The notes beneath the pieces were generated by a model that ran no database searches, was not told the DNA's origin, and worked only from the letters and a program-made list of their open reading frames with translations. A program made the translations under genes and the position numbers. DNA of 63,925 nucleotides, filler included, from Sluysia triapertura (Eukaryota), in assembly GCA_046118255.1 (NCBI GenBank). It is 5 parts of 5 records of this genome, joined end to end, with 100 filler letters (N's around TTAATTAATTAA, not from the genome) between each part and the next. Parts side by side here need not be neighbours in the genome. Positions count along the whole stretch, not along the records: positions 52,732 to 63,925 come from JBJNIA010187623.1; 4 more parts are not named here. One strand, 5' to 3'. How positions within the stretch are numbered: the first letter of the stretch is position 1; each line of letters starts with the position of its first letter. Shown piece by piece: positions 62,446 to 63,925 of the stretch.

Positions 62446-62550
62446 GCTTTATGTGAAATATTACGACCTAAATATCCTATTAACTCAGAAGATGATAATG
62501 ATGATGATCATAATAAGTCACTCAAAACTGTACAAGATACAAATATATGA
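62446..62550 (+). CDS. SLC6 transporter, terminal exon
   Basis: tctag|GCT...TGA; ALCEILRPKYPINSEDDNDDDHNKSLKTVQDTNI*; follows a 43-nt intron; AATAAA at 62581. Confidence 0.85.
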   Translation, partial: ALCEILRPKYPINSEDDNDDDHNKSLKTVQDTNI

Positions 62551-63196
62551 ATATTATTACTGCTTAGCTTAATTTATGTTAATAAATTGTTATTATTTTT
62601 ATTTTTACAATTAGTAAATAAATTCTAATTTTTAAATTTAAAATTTTACACCTATATATAGCACTTTATCAAAGCCAAAATTTAAATATTACAGTAATTG
62701 AAAACATTAGCAAAAACATTGTTATGGACATTTCTGTTGCATGACGTGCTATTTATAGATTCTGAATAGTTTTTGTTTATCTTTTGTTAATCTTTATGAA
62801 ATTAATATTAAGTAATATTAATATTAACTAAAGTATTGGGTAAAGTTTTAAATGCAGCGATTAATTAATTTTTAAACGTCAAAATTTTAAATTAATGTTT
62901 CCAAATAGTCCGACTTATACGTAATTAAATCAACAAGGAATCAATAATCGGTTGATTAATATTTTGATCTAATATTCTATCAAAAATTATGAAAGAAATA
63001 TAAAATAAGTTTTAATTTAACTAATCTTTTATTTCTTTTTAGATTGGTCATTTTTAAGGGAGATTAATTTGTCAATAAATTATGCAATATTTTTATATAG
63101 ATTTTAACTGCAATTTATCAAATTCAAACTTAAGAAAATTAAATTAAGAATTAAATTAAAAAAACGAGGAAATAATTAGTTGCTTAGTATCTGAAG

Positions 63197-63460
63197 TTAA
63201 CTTGTAAAGATTTTGCAAATTTTTCTAAATAACAACTTTTCTAATGAATGCAGACTATCTGAAGTGCACTGATTGCATGAAAAGCCTAGTTTCAAATTGT
63301 TTACGGATTTCAGTGTAAATGCCCAACATTTATTTAACGTCCAGATATTTATTACAATCTTAGGTAGAGAAATTATCATTACGTTTTCAAAATGCAGACC
63401 TCTTCCTTTCATAGATTTCATTATATTCGTATGTAGAGAGATAATATCATCATATTTCAT
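63197..63460 (-). CDS. Orphan 87-aa ORF, possible cargo of a fifth cassette copy
   Basis: ATG-to-TAA open frame with CxxC; upstream tgatgaccatcatc (63834-63847) resembles the cassette hairpin arm and is followed by (TAA)n. Confidence 0.3.
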   Translation of the reverse strand: MKYDDIISLHTNIMKSMKGRGLHFENVMIISLPKIVINIWTLNKCWAFTLKSVNNLKLGFSCNQCTSDSLHSLEKLLFRKICKIFTS

Positions 63461-63855
63461 AATTTAAAAACTAAAAAAATCAACATAAAATCCTAACAAA
63501 ATGATTTAATTTTAATCTGCTCATCACTTAATACATTTAATTTTGTCTAATTTAACATTAAATAATATTATTGAAAATTCATTTTTACTAATAAAATAAT
63601 TGTTTTTATTATTACTATTAATAATATTATTTTATATAATTATAATTGTCAGTATGGTAATAAATCAATATTAATTATTTGATTAATTTTAGCCCAATTA
63701 TTTTCCAAATTTTGACTTAAATGTCGTCGTACACCAATTTGTTAGTGGTAATTGAAGTGTAACTTAGTATAGAATTTATTTGCCTGGAGTACCACATGCG
63801 AGTGATTAATATGTCAAATAATTTTTCAAGTAATGATGACCATCATCTAAATCTA

Positions 63856-63925
<70 letters not shown>
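63856..63925. repeat. (TAA)n microsatellite at window end
   Basis: Direct reading. Confidence 0.97.

Overview
Very AT-rich eukaryotic (metazoan-like) genomic DNA, not prokaryotic. It consists of five 11-15 kb contigs joined by artificial 100-bp spacers (N44-TTAATTAATTAA-N44), so adjacency across spacers is unproven. Recognisable host genes are partial and spliced: the last four exons of an SLC6 (GABA/taurine-type) transporter (+, 57908-62550), two consecutive exons of a GABA-B-like/ANF-receptor-domain protein (-, 40497-34720), and a probable tetraspanin exon (+, 47035-47195). There is also an intact, intronless, highly diverged DNAJC7-derived ORF (30482-31867) that lacks the HPD motif. The rest is transposon-rich: hAT MITEs with 8-bp TSDs, a piggyBac-type MITE, a decayed mariner, L2/CR1-type LINE fragments, a possible gag-protease relic and several dispersed repeat families. 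The most unusual signals are: (1) a recurrent 2-4 kb cassette with a shared TGTRGTGGCCAAC-type terminus, a strand-biased CA-rich arm, a (TAA)n/(TTA)n tract and two tandem hairpins whose arms co-vary, placed upstream of different, mostly decayed orphan cargo ORFs in each copy; (2) a ~150-bp TG...CA element with 4-bp TSDs that carries a tRNA-like Pol III cassette (6 copies); (3) an LTR-like direct-repeat element with a polypurine tract that encloses an RRM-like ORF and no pol; (4) a conserved GC-rich hairpin/pseudoknot inside a dispersed repeat. All alignments and family calls were made by eye, without database searches.
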